DNA from: an uncultured Pirellulaceae bacterium
Lineage (GTDB): Bacteria; Planctomycetota; Planctomycetia; Pirellulales; Pirellulaceae
Direction: 5' to 3'
Assembly: GCA_964393615.1 (NCBI GenBank)
Contig: CAYMUR010000003.1
Span: forward strand, 1 to 64,000
Length of the DNA: 64,000 bases
Position numbers and translations under genes: made by a program. The notes below the pieces were generated by a model, which had not been told where the DNA came from, made no database searches, and saw only the letters and a program-made list of their open reading frames with translations. Below, in pieces: positions 1-9,761 of this stretch; within the stretch, counting starts at the first letter, position 1, and every line of letters starts with the position of its first letter.

Positions 1-1966
1 TTTTGTTGTTATTGTCGTCAAATCCATTGCCAAGCGGTCGGTTAATGTCCATCCGCAATCCCAGCAGCAGATCTGGTGACAGCATCCGTTTAATTTGAGT
101 CGTATCCTTGGTTGATAGGCGACTGAAAAGATTGTAGGCAGGGACCGGTAAATCGTACTGATCGGTCGTTAATAGATTGCGTTTTGTTGCGATCGGAATA
201 TCCGGATCGTTGGGGTCCAGCAAATTTATGACTCGAGACGGGAGTTGGGAAAAATCCGAATCATAATACCGCAGTAAAGCTTCCATTTCGGCGGCGGAAA
301 ATAACGTAGCGCTCGCATTATCGCCTACTTCGCCACGCGGTGCCGAGACCGAAAAGTCATTTTCGTATTCGCTGTTTTTCCGCAAGCTTGTATTAGTAGC
401 CGGTGTCTTGTAATTTGGCTGTCCAAAAGCGTTCAGCACAAATGCTGACATTCCAAGCAAGTCTGGCGGACTATTAAACGAAGTGAGTAGATTGTTATTG
501 GTCGCGTTCCAGTAATTTTTGGGAAGAGCATAAAACTGTAAGAGTGCCTTTCTGTCATCATCGTCCACAACGGCGGTCGATGATGGGGCCCGTAATTTGC
601 CGGGTTTCAGATCACCGTAGCGGCCTTTAATGTAGCGGCCTTTGATTTGTCGGACTTCATAGCCACGTTGGACGTCATGACCACCCCCCTGCAGCAAACG
701 TTTGAGCGTGTTCTTGGCGGCTGTAAAGTTACTAGGATCTATTGCAAAACGATTTGGATCCGTGTTGTGGGGTTTGATGAACACGTAATCGAGCGCGATC
801 TCCGGAGGACCATACCCTTGGCCTCTTGGCTTATCCTGGGTTGTTTTGTTGGATCCGTCGCTGAGAGTTACCTCCTGAAGAGAGGTGTAAAGATCAGAGA
901 TTTCGGCTTGTGCCACATTGCTGTGGGCGTTGAGGTTCAGGCGACCGTCCAAGTCGGTACAGAGAATGGCAACCAATGGTTTGTAGGGTCGGCCATCACG
1001 AGTGGTTTTGACTGGTAATCCTGCGTCGATCCAAATACTATCCGGCACGCCGTCACTATCGTTGTCGACGTCCCATGGTCCAGCGACAGGATCAAATGCC
1101 AGATTATTCATTCGAAACGATTCGTTAGTCGGTCGCAGCGTCACCTGCGGTGCGTTTTGATTTGGCGAAGAATCAATCAGTGCCCGTCGATGAAACGATG
1201 GATTAACAGGGTTGTAACGAGGCTCGTCGGAATCCAGGTTCGTTGACGGCTGATTCGGATTTGACTCTTGTGGATCAATGGCGGCCAGAAATACATTTTG
1301 GTAATCCGCCGCGTCGTATCCTTCATTGACATCATCTGTCTGGGGATTTGCATTGACAGTAGGCGTATCGACTCCGTCTCCCGAGAAGGGGCGTCCATTG
1401 AGTACGAATTGTTTACCGAGTAAATCCTGTGGGGTGACCGGTTTGTGATTAATGTTATGTAAGAACATGACGCGCAAAACGGGATTTCCACTCTCTGAAT
1501 TGTAGCCAACAACACGCGCCGTGGATCCGCTGGCGTCGCCACTGGTCACGGTGAACACCCGCCCGTTGTAAAAACCGTAGGTGGGGTCCAGCGAAACGTT
1601 ACTCGAGAGGTGCAAGTCGAAAAATTGTCCTCCGGTGGCCTGGTAATTGTCGCCGGCGTACGCAGCAGTAGTGATGGTACCTGGGACTCCATCATTACCA
1701 TACAGATCGGCCAGTAGGCTGTGACCTTGGATGGCAGAATGTGGATTGAGGGAATCGCGCAGCAACTGCCGAAACGCTTCCTCCAATTCACTACGTGGAT
1801 CGTCACCCGATCGTTCCACCGTTGCAATACTCCGGGCCCCTTCGGCGTATTGCGTTGCCACCATCAGGTAGGTTAACGCCATCAGCGTAAACAGCATCAA
1901 AATACATAGCACGACCAGCATCAAAGCCCCGTGCCGTGGGCGTGTACGAATCTGGGAACGTTTCAT
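1..1966 (-). CDS. Large (>655 aa) membrane-anchored protein, 3' end outside window. N-terminal TM helix (MKRSQIRTRPRHGALMLVVLCILMLFTLMALTYLMV). Contains a DNDSDGVPD calcium-loop-like motif. Probably a pilus/T2SS-associated tip or minor-pilin-like protein.
   Basis: Manual minus-strand translation from ATG at 1966..1964 stays open down to position 1. It is absent from the ORF track only because it runs off the edge. Its frame dominates the overlapping short track ORFs. It is co-oriented and adjacent to the pseudopilin genes. Confidence 0.5.
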   Translation of the reverse strand, partial: MKRSQIRTRPRHGALMLVVLCILMLFTLMALTYLMVATQYAEGARSIATVERSGDDPRSELEEAFRQLLRDSLNPHSAIQGHSLLADLYGNDGVPGTITTAAYAGDNYQATGGQFFDLHLSSNVSLDPTYGFYNGRVFTVTSGDASGSTARVVGYNSESGNPVLRVMFLHNINHKPVTPQDLLGKQFVLNGRPFSGDGVDTPTVNANPQTDDVNEGYDAADYQNVFLAAIDPQESNPNQPSTNLDSDEPRYNPVNPSFHRRALIDSSPNQNAPQVTLRPTNESFRMNNLAFDPVAGPWDVDNDSDGVPDSIWIDAGLPVKTTRDGRPYKPLVAILCTDLDGRLNLNAHSNVAQAEISDLYTSLQEVTLSDGSNKTTQDKPRGQGYGPPEIALDYVFIKPHNTDPNRFAIDPSNFTAAKNTLKRLLQGGGHDVQRGYEVRQIKGRYIKGRYGDLKPGKLRAPSSTAVVDDDDRKALLQFYALPKNYWNATNNNLLTSFNSPPDLLGMSAFVLNAFGQPNYKTPATNTSLRKNSEYENDFSVSAPRGEVGDNASATLFSAAEMEALLRYYDSDFSQLPSRVINLLDPNDPDIPIATKRNLLTTDQYDLPVPAYNLFSRLSTKDTTQIKRMLSPDLLLGLRMDINRPLGNGFDDNNNK

Positions 1967-2124
1967 CCAATCATCCTCCGCAAAATGCCTGACCGCCGCC
2001 CCTATGTGGCAAACCAGGCTCAAGTGTATTGGCGTGTCACCGCTGTCATGGACCGATTACTGGCTGGAAAAAAAAGGTCGCCCTAGTTTGGTGACGCTCA
2101 TCACGATTCCAAGGGAATCATTAT

Positions 2125-3144
2125 TTATTGGCTATGTTCTAATTGAATGGTTTTCTCGTAGACCGCGTGGACGTTTTTCATTAATACGGCGATAGGTTGT
2201 GCCCATTCATTCAGATTGACGTCTGGTCCTTCCAAACGAACGTCCAACATCCTTTCGTCGAGTTCGGCGGTTCGCATCACGCGAAACCATCGTAGTGCAG
2301 GCTGTGTTTGCTGAGCCAACGCAATCCAGTCGTTGCGTGATATGTCCAGCGTGCTAATCGGATTTTTGGCCGTTTCCAGCCTTACATCGACGCCACCATA
2401 GCTCATGCCGGATCCTGCCAGTTGGGCTTTTAGCAGGTGTTCATTGTCACTCAATGGCACCAGTGAGCGTTGGTGGAAAATAACGAACGAAGCGCGGTAA
2501 ACGTCCGGGCCGGTCGGGTCGGGAACAAGTGTCGTCAGCCAGGAAAAACGACGGTAGGATTGACGGCGTCGTGCGTCGCTGTCGGAGGTATACAATTGTG
2601 TGGGTAAATCCTGTGTCGCTTCCGCTGCTGTGAACACTAAATCGTCTGCGGAGGTAAATCGATCCAAGGCGGCATCGGCCGCCTGCTTGAAAGTGAGCTG
2701 GTTGAGGTAAGCAAGAGATATACGGCGAAAAGAAATATTGTTATTGTCAAAGGGACCAGTGTCATGAGGTCCCGGATTGTTCGGATCGTTTCGAAACGTG
2801 ATTAAAAGTGGATCGAGCACATAGATCATATTCGGATCAAAATCCAGATTATTACCATTCAGGTCTGTCAAATCCCAGGATTTCGTGTCGTTCATGCGAC
2901 GAATGGAGAAATCGCGCCAAGCATGTTTGCCTACCAAGGCAGACAGATCGTCAAGCGTTCCCTGCTTGGAGTCGTGATGGGCGATCGGCAACAGCGCAGC
3001 GACACCAAGTAGCCCGATAGATACGATGAAAATCGATATCAGGATTTCGACCAGGCTCAGTCCACGCCGGCGTTGGCCGGGACAAGCCGTCGGTCGTTGG
3101 CGACTGCGAGTTTCGAGTTGTAAAAAGAAAAAGACGTACATCAT
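2125..3144 (-). CDS. Pseudopilin-like protein with prepilin-type N-terminal cleavage/methylation-like segment (RRRG/LSLVEILISIFIVSIGLLGV). 339 aa, long leader.
   Basis: G-LSLVE-hydrophobic helix pattern (Glu at +5) near the N-terminus. It is the first of an array of four paralogous genes downstream of gspF. Confidence 0.55.
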   Translation of the reverse strand: MMYVFFFLQLETRSRQRPTACPGQRRRGLSLVEILISIFIVSIGLLGVAALLPIAHHDSKQGTLDDLSALVGKHAWRDFSIRRMNDTKSWDLTDLNGNNLDFDPNMIYVLDPLLITFRNDPNNPGPHDTGPFDNNNISFRRISLAYLNQLTFKQAADAALDRFTSADDLVFTAAEATQDLPTQLYTSDSDARRRQSYRRFSWLTTLVPDPTGPDVYRASFVIFHQRSLVPLSDNEHLLKAQLAGSGMSYGGVDVRLETAKNPISTLDISRNDWIALAQQTQPALRWFRVMRTAELDERMLDVRLEGPDVNLNEWAQPIAVLMKNVHAVYEKTIQLEHSQ

Positions 3145-3171
3145 TTTACCGGTGAGTTCCGTGTTGAATCG

Positions 3172-4260
3172 TTATCCTCCACCCAGTGTGTCTCCCTGGA
3201 CGGCGAACTTTCTGGCAAACGCTACCGCTTCTGCCACCGCTGTCTGATCCACCGGATCAATAAGTGTTGCGGTGGGATTCGGAGAGATTTCTGAGGTGGT
3301 CATCCTGCCTGTCAAATTACCGACCGATACCCAGCGATTGTTTCCATCCGCTAGATTGCCGGATCCGATTTTGTCCGGACGCCCTACCAACAAATGCACA
3401 GCGTTCGATACCCGCGTGGGCGGGCTATTGGGTCCACCCGATAATACATATTGAATCCCTCCGGAGGGACTGAATAGGATGGCGACGTCGCTGGCAGAAC
3501 CAAAGGTTTCTGATCCTCCCCATCCTGACATCGAGATGTCAATCGCCACCGAGGATGGTAATTGCAATGGATCAGCGATTGACTGAATGGGTCGGGCATA
3601 GCGATAAACCTGGAAGGGTAGTTGAAAGGGCTCCTCGGTGACGTGGCGCCTATTTTTGAGATAAGTAATAGAACGGTCGAGATATAAAACGCCGTTGTAA
3701 CCTTGTACATTCGGATAAGTTCTGATTTGATAAAGCGGTCCCTTAAAATTAAAGCGAATGTAATCGAACCTGCGGATGTTGAAATGTTTGTTCTCGTTGC
3801 TGGGATCGTTATCTGTTTTTAAACCGGATACATTTGTCAAAATGATCTTGTTAGGTGTGTTGGGATCATTCGGGTCGTTCATGGCGTACGACGATAAATC
3901 ATCCCCCATGTAGGGCGGTGGTACTTCTGCCATGTATAATTCCAATGCCAGGTTAAATCGCAGATCATTCGGGTCGTTGGAAAATCGTCGAATCCAGATC
4001 CCTACAGGCCGTTGTAGGTGCATCGCCCGCGCCTGGGCTGCTGCCAGGTAAGCGTTCAGCGATCGAGCCGCTTCGCGAATGTCACGACCTTCTCGCAGTG
4101 GACGAATAACGGTGGCTGTTATTCCCAGCAGTATCCCAAAAATTGCGACCACCACCAGCAACTCGATGAGTGTGATACCCCCGCGTTGTTGTGGCTGCGC
4201 GGATATCCTCCGACCGAGTTCGCCTGAATACATTCGATAGGTGGGTGGTAGACGATTCAT
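3172..4260 (-). CDS. Pseudopilin-like protein (QQRGG/ITLIELLVVVAIFGILLGI). 362 aa as listed. A start at the internal Met (MYSGELG..., ~4233) is also possible.
   Basis: Canonical prepilin class III signal-like motif G-ITLIE followed by a hydrophobic helix. Sits in the tandem array. Confidence 0.65.
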   Translation of the reverse strand: MNRLPPTYRMYSGELGRRISAQPQQRGGITLIELLVVVAIFGILLGITATVIRPLREGRDIREAARSLNAYLAAAQARAMHLQRPVGIWIRRFSNDPNDLRFNLALELYMAEVPPPYMGDDLSSYAMNDPNDPNTPNKIILTNVSGLKTDNDPSNENKHFNIRRFDYIRFNFKGPLYQIRTYPNVQGYNGVLYLDRSITYLKNRRHVTEEPFQLPFQVYRYARPIQSIADPLQLPSSVAIDISMSGWGGSETFGSASDVAILFSPSGGIQYVLSGGPNSPPTRVSNAVHLLVGRPDKIGSGNLADGNNRWVSVGNLTGRMTTSEISPNPTATLIDPVDQTAVAEAVAFARKFAVQGDTLGGG

Positions 4261-4274
4261 GACCGTTGTGCTGG

Positions 4275-5366
4275 TTAATTAGTCTCGACAAGGTGATTGT
4301 GAATATCGTCTGAAGCGGAGTACTCGGGGTCGGGGTGATCCGGATCCGACGCTGGAACACTACCAATTTGTAAATGGTTGGTTTTGTGATAAGGATCGAC
4401 GTACCACTCTAAAAGGCCATGTGAAATCTGTTGTCGATAAGGGTTCTTATCAACAAAACCGTTGATTAAAGCAAACTCACGATTGGGCCCTGTGGAAAGT
4501 ATCACCGGGTATAACGGAAAGCGCGCCCCACTTGAACTATCAGCATTCCACATGTTGTCGACTTGGTGAGGATCAAATGGATCGGGTTGCCCACCGTCAT
4601 ACAACGGTGACGCAAACCCCGGTGCCCATCGCAAGAACCGGATCGGCTCACCCCAGGCGTCCAGGATCTCAGGCATCCCGTCACCATCGACATCCCCCAT
4701 TTCGTTTTCGCTAAGAAAGGGCCGTCCCCGTGAGCCGGTGCCTGCATTGACGGTGAGGATCATGTACAAGCATTCGGCGCCTTGGAACTTTGCGGTCCAT
4801 TGTTTGCTTGCCAAGTTGCGATAAGCCAACGACACGCGCGGTCGATCCCCTTCGTCAATCGTGTCGTCGCCGTTGAAATCAACGGCGCCGGGATAGACAT
4901 CTCCGGTCACGTCGGTTTTGCGATCGGGCATTTCCAACCGCATCAGGTCGCGCAAAGCGACGAGCCGTCCCTGTTGACGGGCCATGCGGTAACTCTCGTT
5001 TTGCCAATCATCGACTGTGACCACATTTGAACCGGTGGTTGGGCGTTGGAAACGTATGGGTACCCGTCGACTAAGATAACCAGTCCACATCCGTGATATT
5101 TCGCGATCGAGTTTGGCAATCCGTGTTTTCGTTTGCTGTATTTTGGCAGTTTCCAACGCTCCGGTCATGGCAAACAGGACGAGCGATGACAAGATCGACA
5201 TGATCACGATGGTCACCAGCAGCTCTACCAGTGTGAACGCAAAACGTGACGTGCGCCTGGTCGATGAGTCCATGTTGGTTGGTCCAGTTAACATTGTGGT
5301 TTTGATCTCCACCAGAATTCCTGGTTGGATTGCTCTGCGCTGCCATTTAGTCTTGTTGATTACCAT
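4275..5366 (-). CDS. Pseudopilin-like protein (RTSRFA/FTLVELLVTIVIMSIL). Position -1 is Ala instead of Gly. True start is probably an internal Met (MDSSTRR..., ~5275).
   Basis: FTLVELL + hydrophobic helix. Contains GDVDGDGMPE calcium-loop-like motif. Tandem array. Confidence 0.6.
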   Translation of the reverse strand: MVINKTKWQRRAIQPGILVEIKTTMLTGPTNMDSSTRRTSRFAFTLVELLVTIVIMSILSSLVLFAMTGALETAKIQQTKTRIAKLDREISRMWTGYLSRRVPIRFQRPTTGSNVVTVDDWQNESYRMARQQGRLVALRDLMRLEMPDRKTDVTGDVYPGAVDFNGDDTIDEGDRPRVSLAYRNLASKQWTAKFQGAECLYMILTVNAGTGSRGRPFLSENEMGDVDGDGMPEILDAWGEPIRFLRWAPGFASPLYDGGQPDPFDPHQVDNMWNADSSSGARFPLYPVILSTGPNREFALINGFVDKNPYRQQISHGLLEWYVDPYHKTNHLQIGSVPASDPDHPDPEYSASDDIHNHLVETN

Positions 5367-5389
5367 GCATTGGGGATGACCGCATTCGG

Positions 5390-6337
5390 CTATTCGATTG
5401 CATCCTGCAGATTCGTGTCGCTGAAATTGGCCAGGTTGTCACGATCGAAATCATCGAATCCAATCCCGCTGCGGTGTACCTTGAAGTGGTCTAAATTTTG
5501 ATAGTTGCCAAACTCGCCATCACGTCCGGCAGAGATGATTTGAAAAGTTCTAGGGTTCATTGGTTCGTAAATGGGATCACCATCGCCAGCAACGCCTTTT
5601 TGGTACACGTAAGGTCGAACCTGGTTAGCTGGCGAAAAGTCGAATTGTTTCAGGACGGGTCCGTCATCACTGAGCATCAGATAAGGGCCATCACAACCAG
5701 TACATGAGCTGTTACTAAAGTAGACGAATGGAACACTTGGTCCGCGCGAGGATGTTAAGTATTCGAATGCATTACTACCATTCTGAGTTGGTAAGGTTTC
5801 CAGGTCACCGTCCCCGCCGGCAATCATTTTGACGTTGACTTCGATTAGCGATTGACGATCGCTATCGGGTACACCATTACCATCCACATCACCACTGATA
5901 GGAAACTCTGGATTGGGATGAAAACCGCGCAGCCAGAATGCCAGAGCGTGCGTGGGAAGCAGATTGTTTTGTTGAATGTGTCCCGTGACTTCTTGCAGAT
6001 TTTGCCACTCACGTCGCCGTGGAAAAAGACGGTTGAGGTGATTGACGACGGACTGTGGATCCGTGAAATCAGGTGGATACACACCATGTTCGGTGCGGTA
6101 CGCTTCGACGGCTTGGGCCAACATGCTGATCTCTAACTGGACCGCTTTTTCTTCGACACTGCGCATGGCGCGGAGAACAGCCGGTGTGGCCAGGGCTGCC
6201 AGGATGCCGATGATCACGATCACCACCAGCAGCTCGACCAATGTAAAACCGTCCCTCCGTTGTCGTTGGCCATCTTGCATGCCTGCTTCTCCTTTCTCAC
6301 GCTTTTCCATGGTAGGGCTGTTTCCATTAGCACACAC
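5390..6337 (-). CDS. Pseudopilin-like protein with textbook prepilin motif (RRDG/FTLVELLVVIVIIGILAALATPA). 315 aa. Start is likely the internal Met (MQDGQRQRRDG, ~6280).
   Basis: G-FTLVE motif plus ~20-aa hydrophobic helix. Contains GDVDGNGVPD motif. Immediately downstream of gspF. Confidence 0.7.
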   Translation of the reverse strand: MCANGNSPTMEKREKGEAGMQDGQRQRRDGFTLVELLVVIVIIGILAALATPAVLRAMRSVEEKAVQLEISMLAQAVEAYRTEHGVYPPDFTDPQSVVNHLNRLFPRRREWQNLQEVTGHIQQNNLLPTHALAFWLRGFHPNPEFPISGDVDGNGVPDSDRQSLIEVNVKMIAGGDGDLETLPTQNGSNAFEYLTSSRGPSVPFVYFSNSSCTGCDGPYLMLSDDGPVLKQFDFSPANQVRPYVYQKGVAGDGDPIYEPMNPRTFQIISAGRDGEFGNYQNLDHFKVHRSGIGFDDFDRDNLANFSDTNLQDAIE

Positions 6338-6382
6338 CGCGAGTGACGCTTCACATGCGATGCTTCATTCTGTACGAATTGT

Positions 6383-7801
6383 TTAGTTGGCCAGTTCGGT
6401 AATCAGTTTGATGAGTGGCAAGAAAAGAGAGATCACGATGAAGCCCACGGCGACCCCGAGAAACACGATGAGGATCGGTTCCAACACGGCTACCAGGCCT
6501 TCGGTCATCACGCGGACTTCTTCGTCGTTATTGTCCGCAATTTTGTACAGCATGGTATCCAGTTCCCCCGTTTCTTCGCCCACGTCGACCATGTTGACGA
6601 CGATATCGTCCACGATACGGGAATTCATTCGGAGGAAGTAGATTAAACCACCGATCAATGCCATGACTCCCACAATCGGTGCGGCCAGCAGTGCCATCGA
6701 CGTTTCCCCATCTTTTGAGGGAAGGAACAGCAGTGTCAGGGCCGGCATGGAGCACAGAAATACCCAGAAAAACAGAGCCACTGGGTGGAAACCGAGTCGT
6801 GAGGAAGTTTTCATCGGGCTGGCGATCGTGTCACCGTCACGGATGGCGTCTGAAATTTTGGTGTACATCCGCTCAAATACCATGTTCCCAGCCGTTTCAC
6901 GTGTGATTGCCAGCCCTTCTAGAATCGGCACACCGCTGGCTACAAGTGTGCCCAATGTGCGCGTACTGCGAGCCAGAATATTTTTTTCCATCAGTGGACC
7001 GATGACGAACAGTTTGAGCATAAACATGTCCCAGCCCATGCGACCGTCACGGAATTTCTTGATCAGCTTGATGAATAGCAATAGTGAAATGGGGATGACG
7101 AACATCAAATACCAGTAGTTCACCGCAGCGTGTGAAACGGCAATCAGGATCAAGGTGGGGGCGGGCAATTCTGTGCCGAAGCTATCAAAAATCTTTTCGA
7201 ACTGCGGTACGATCTTGATCATGATAAAAGTCAAAATCGAGACTGCCACGAAGACCACCACAACTGGGTAGATCATGGCACCCTTGACTTTGCGTTTTAG
7301 CGATTCAGAGGCCTCCATGAACTCGGCCAAGCGCCGCAGAATGACTTCTAAAGCACCCCCCGCTTCGCCCGCTTTGATCATGTTGACATACAGACGGTTA
7401 AACACCCTGGGCGATTTGGCCAATGCTTCTGACAGCGTCGAGCCGGCTTCGATTTCTTCGCAGGTGTCCATCAAAGAATTCTGTAGCTTTCCGGGGCGCA
7501 ATTGGCCTTCCAGAATTCTCAGGCTACGAAGGATCGGCAACCCGGCATCTTGCAAGATCGAGAGTTGACGTGTGAAACTAGTGAGTTGCTTGGAGCGAAC
7601 GCCACCCATGGCGAAGCTGCGTTTGCGTCCTGATTTTTGGCCAGTATCTGCTTGTTGGCGGGCCTTTTTAACAGCGATCTTCGTAACGAAGTATCCCTGT
7701 TGCCGGATAATAGCTTGTGCTTCATCTTCGCTTTCGGCATCGATCTCATCCTTGATCTCTTGGCCCGTTTTATCCATGGCCTCGAATTGATATTTTGGCA
7801 T
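6383..7801 (-). CDS. gspF: Type II secretion system F / PilC family inner-membrane platform protein (472 aa).
   Basis: N-terminus MPKYQFEAMDKTGQEIKDEIDAESEDEAQAIIRQQGYFV is typical of GspF/PilC. Two repeated cytoplasmic domains with TM segments. Follows the GspE ATPase. Confidence 0.85.
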   Translation of the reverse strand: MPKYQFEAMDKTGQEIKDEIDAESEDEAQAIIRQQGYFVTKIAVKKARQQADTGQKSGRKRSFAMGGVRSKQLTSFTRQLSILQDAGLPILRSLRILEGQLRPGKLQNSLMDTCEEIEAGSTLSEALAKSPRVFNRLYVNMIKAGEAGGALEVILRRLAEFMEASESLKRKVKGAMIYPVVVVFVAVSILTFIMIKIVPQFEKIFDSFGTELPAPTLILIAVSHAAVNYWYLMFVIPISLLLFIKLIKKFRDGRMGWDMFMLKLFVIGPLMEKNILARSTRTLGTLVASGVPILEGLAITRETAGNMVFERMYTKISDAIRDGDTIASPMKTSSRLGFHPVALFFWVFLCSMPALTLLFLPSKDGETSMALLAAPIVGVMALIGGLIYFLRMNSRIVDDIVVNMVDVGEETGELDTMLYKIADNNDEEVRVMTEGLVAVLEPILIVFLGVAVGFIVISLFLPLIKLITELAN

Positions 7802-7863
7802 CTCCGATTCTCCACGGGAAAAAAGTAACTGCTGGCTAAAGACTCGCGCCGCTCGTTACATTT

Positions 7864-9591
7864 TCATGCTTCTAGGATTGTTTCTCGAATCACTTCGTCG
7901 GCGGTCGTGATTCCCAGGTGGACAAAGTCCTCGCCACCTTGTCGCAAGGTCACCATGCCATTTTCACAGGCTTTGTCTCGTAATTCGTCGGCGGTGCATT
8001 TATTGAGGATCATTTCACGCATCTCGTCAGTCATCATCATGATTTCAAAGATCCCAATACGGCCTTTGTAGCCAGTGTTGTTACAATTATCGCAACCTTT
8101 CCCACGAAAGAATTGTTTGTCTCCCAATGCCTCACGGTTCTGATAGCCCAGGTGGGCCACCACTTCGTCCGAGGGTATGATCGCTTCGCGACAATTGGTA
8201 CAAATACGTCGCACCAACCGTTGTGCCAGGATCCCTTCGACCGTGGCAGTGATCAGGAATTCCGGGACGCCCATGTCTCGCAAGCGAGTGATCGTGCTGG
8301 GAGCATCATTGGTGTGCAGCGTGCTAAACACGACATGGCCGGTCAATGATGCTTGGACCGCAATCTCGGCCGTTTCATAATCGCGAATCTCTCCTACCAG
8401 GATCACGTCGGGATCTTGTCGGAGAATCGATCTCAGACAGGCTGCAAACGTGACGCCGATTTCTGAGTCGATTGGGATCTGGATAATGCCCTCAATGTCA
8501 TATTCCACGGGATCTTCGGTGGTAATCAGCTTGTCGGCCACGTCGTTCATTCCGCTCAGGGCCGAATAGAGTGTGGTTGTCTTACCCGATCCGGTAGGAC
8601 CGGTCACCAGGATAATACCGTTCGGTCTGTTGGTCAGCTGGAGAAACTGCTTCATCGTTTTGTCGTCCATGCCAACGTTGTTCAAATCGAGCGATACAAC
8701 GGAACGATCGAGTACCCGCAAAACACAGCTTTCGCCGAACATGGTTGGCAGGACGCTGACGCGCAAGTCGACAGGGTGCCCACCGACCGTTAACTCGATG
8801 CGACCATCCTGGGGCAATCGTCGCTCGGCAATGTCGAGGTTGGCCATGACTTTGATACGGGTGGTAATGGCAAATGACAAGTGTCGAGGCGGTGGCACCA
8901 TCTCGTACAGTACCCCGTCTGCTTTGATACGAATACGAAACTCGTCTTCAAAGGGCTCAAAATGGACATCACTGGCATGATCCTTGATCGCCATCAGCAA
9001 CACCATGTTCAGCAGTTTGCGGACTGGGGCGCTGTCCGCTAAGGCTTCGACATCGGTCAGATCGATGGCACCGCCTTGTTCTATCGCCTCAGCCACTTTC
9101 TGCAAATTGACGTCGTCGCTCATCTCGCCAATAATTTTCTCGACGCTGTCTCCAGCCGCTGCGTAATATTTTTCCAAAGCTGACAGCACGTCATTCTCAG
9201 TCGCCACGACAATGCGAATGTTGAAGCCTAAAAAGGTGCGCAATTCATCCTGGACGGACAGGTTTTGAGGGTCACACATGGCCACGGTCAAGGTTTCGTT
9301 CTCTTCGTCAAAATGGATTGGCACAATCCGGTACAATTGCGCCATTGGTTCACTGACTTGCTCCAAGACTGCTTTAGCGATCGTCACGTCGCCCAAATTA
9401 ACGACCTGCATTCCCATCTGCTCGGCTAAGGCTTGGGCCAACTGCTCGTCGGTAATCAATCCCATGTCCTCGGCCAGCTTGCCCAGCAGCTCGCCCGGAT
9501 TACGTTGTTGCTCTTCCAACAACAACTGCAATTGTTCTTCCTGGATATACCCCAGGTCGACTAAGATTTGTCCGATGCGTCTGATAGCCAT
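7864..9591 (-). CDS. gspE: GspE/PilB-family secretion/pilus-assembly ATPase with N-terminal GspE_N (MshEN-like) domain and C-terminal tetracysteine zinc finger.
   Basis: Walker A GPTGSGKTTT. Asp/His boxes. CTNCREA...CDNCNNTGYKGR. N-terminal IGQILVDLGYIQEEQL domain. Confidence 0.9.
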   Translation of the reverse strand: MAIRRIGQILVDLGYIQEEQLQLLLEEQQRNPGELLGKLAEDMGLITDEQLAQALAEQMGMQVVNLGDVTIAKAVLEQVSEPMAQLYRIVPIHFDEENETLTVAMCDPQNLSVQDELRTFLGFNIRIVVATENDVLSALEKYYAAAGDSVEKIIGEMSDDVNLQKVAEAIEQGGAIDLTDVEALADSAPVRKLLNMVLLMAIKDHASDVHFEPFEDEFRIRIKADGVLYEMVPPPRHLSFAITTRIKVMANLDIAERRLPQDGRIELTVGGHPVDLRVSVLPTMFGESCVLRVLDRSVVSLDLNNVGMDDKTMKQFLQLTNRPNGIILVTGPTGSGKTTTLYSALSGMNDVADKLITTEDPVEYDIEGIIQIPIDSEIGVTFAACLRSILRQDPDVILVGEIRDYETAEIAVQASLTGHVVFSTLHTNDAPSTITRLRDMGVPEFLITATVEGILAQRLVRRICTNCREAIIPSDEVVAHLGYQNREALGDKQFFRGKGCDNCNNTGYKGRIGIFEIMMMTDEMREMILNKCTADELRDKACENGMVTLRQGGEDFVHLGITTADEVIRETILEA

Positions 9592-9761
9592 GATGAAATG
9601 GGACTCAAGGTTTGTGGTGAAAGGTCAGGTCTTACAAGCAGTTGGTTAATGGATCTGTAGCGATTGTTGAGGGTTGGGAACTTCATATTAGAAACTTGCC
9701 GTCATCAACGTGAGGGTCGGTGTTTCCCGTTTTCGGTTGGTTGTTACTATGTTGGTTGTTA

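Noticed and set aside
647-1827. Track ORFs 647..1018(+), 1177..1542(-), 1546..1827(-)
   Set aside because: All are overlapped by the much longer in-frame minus-strand ORF 1..1966, which has a clear TM N-terminus. The short ORFs are alternative-frame noise.
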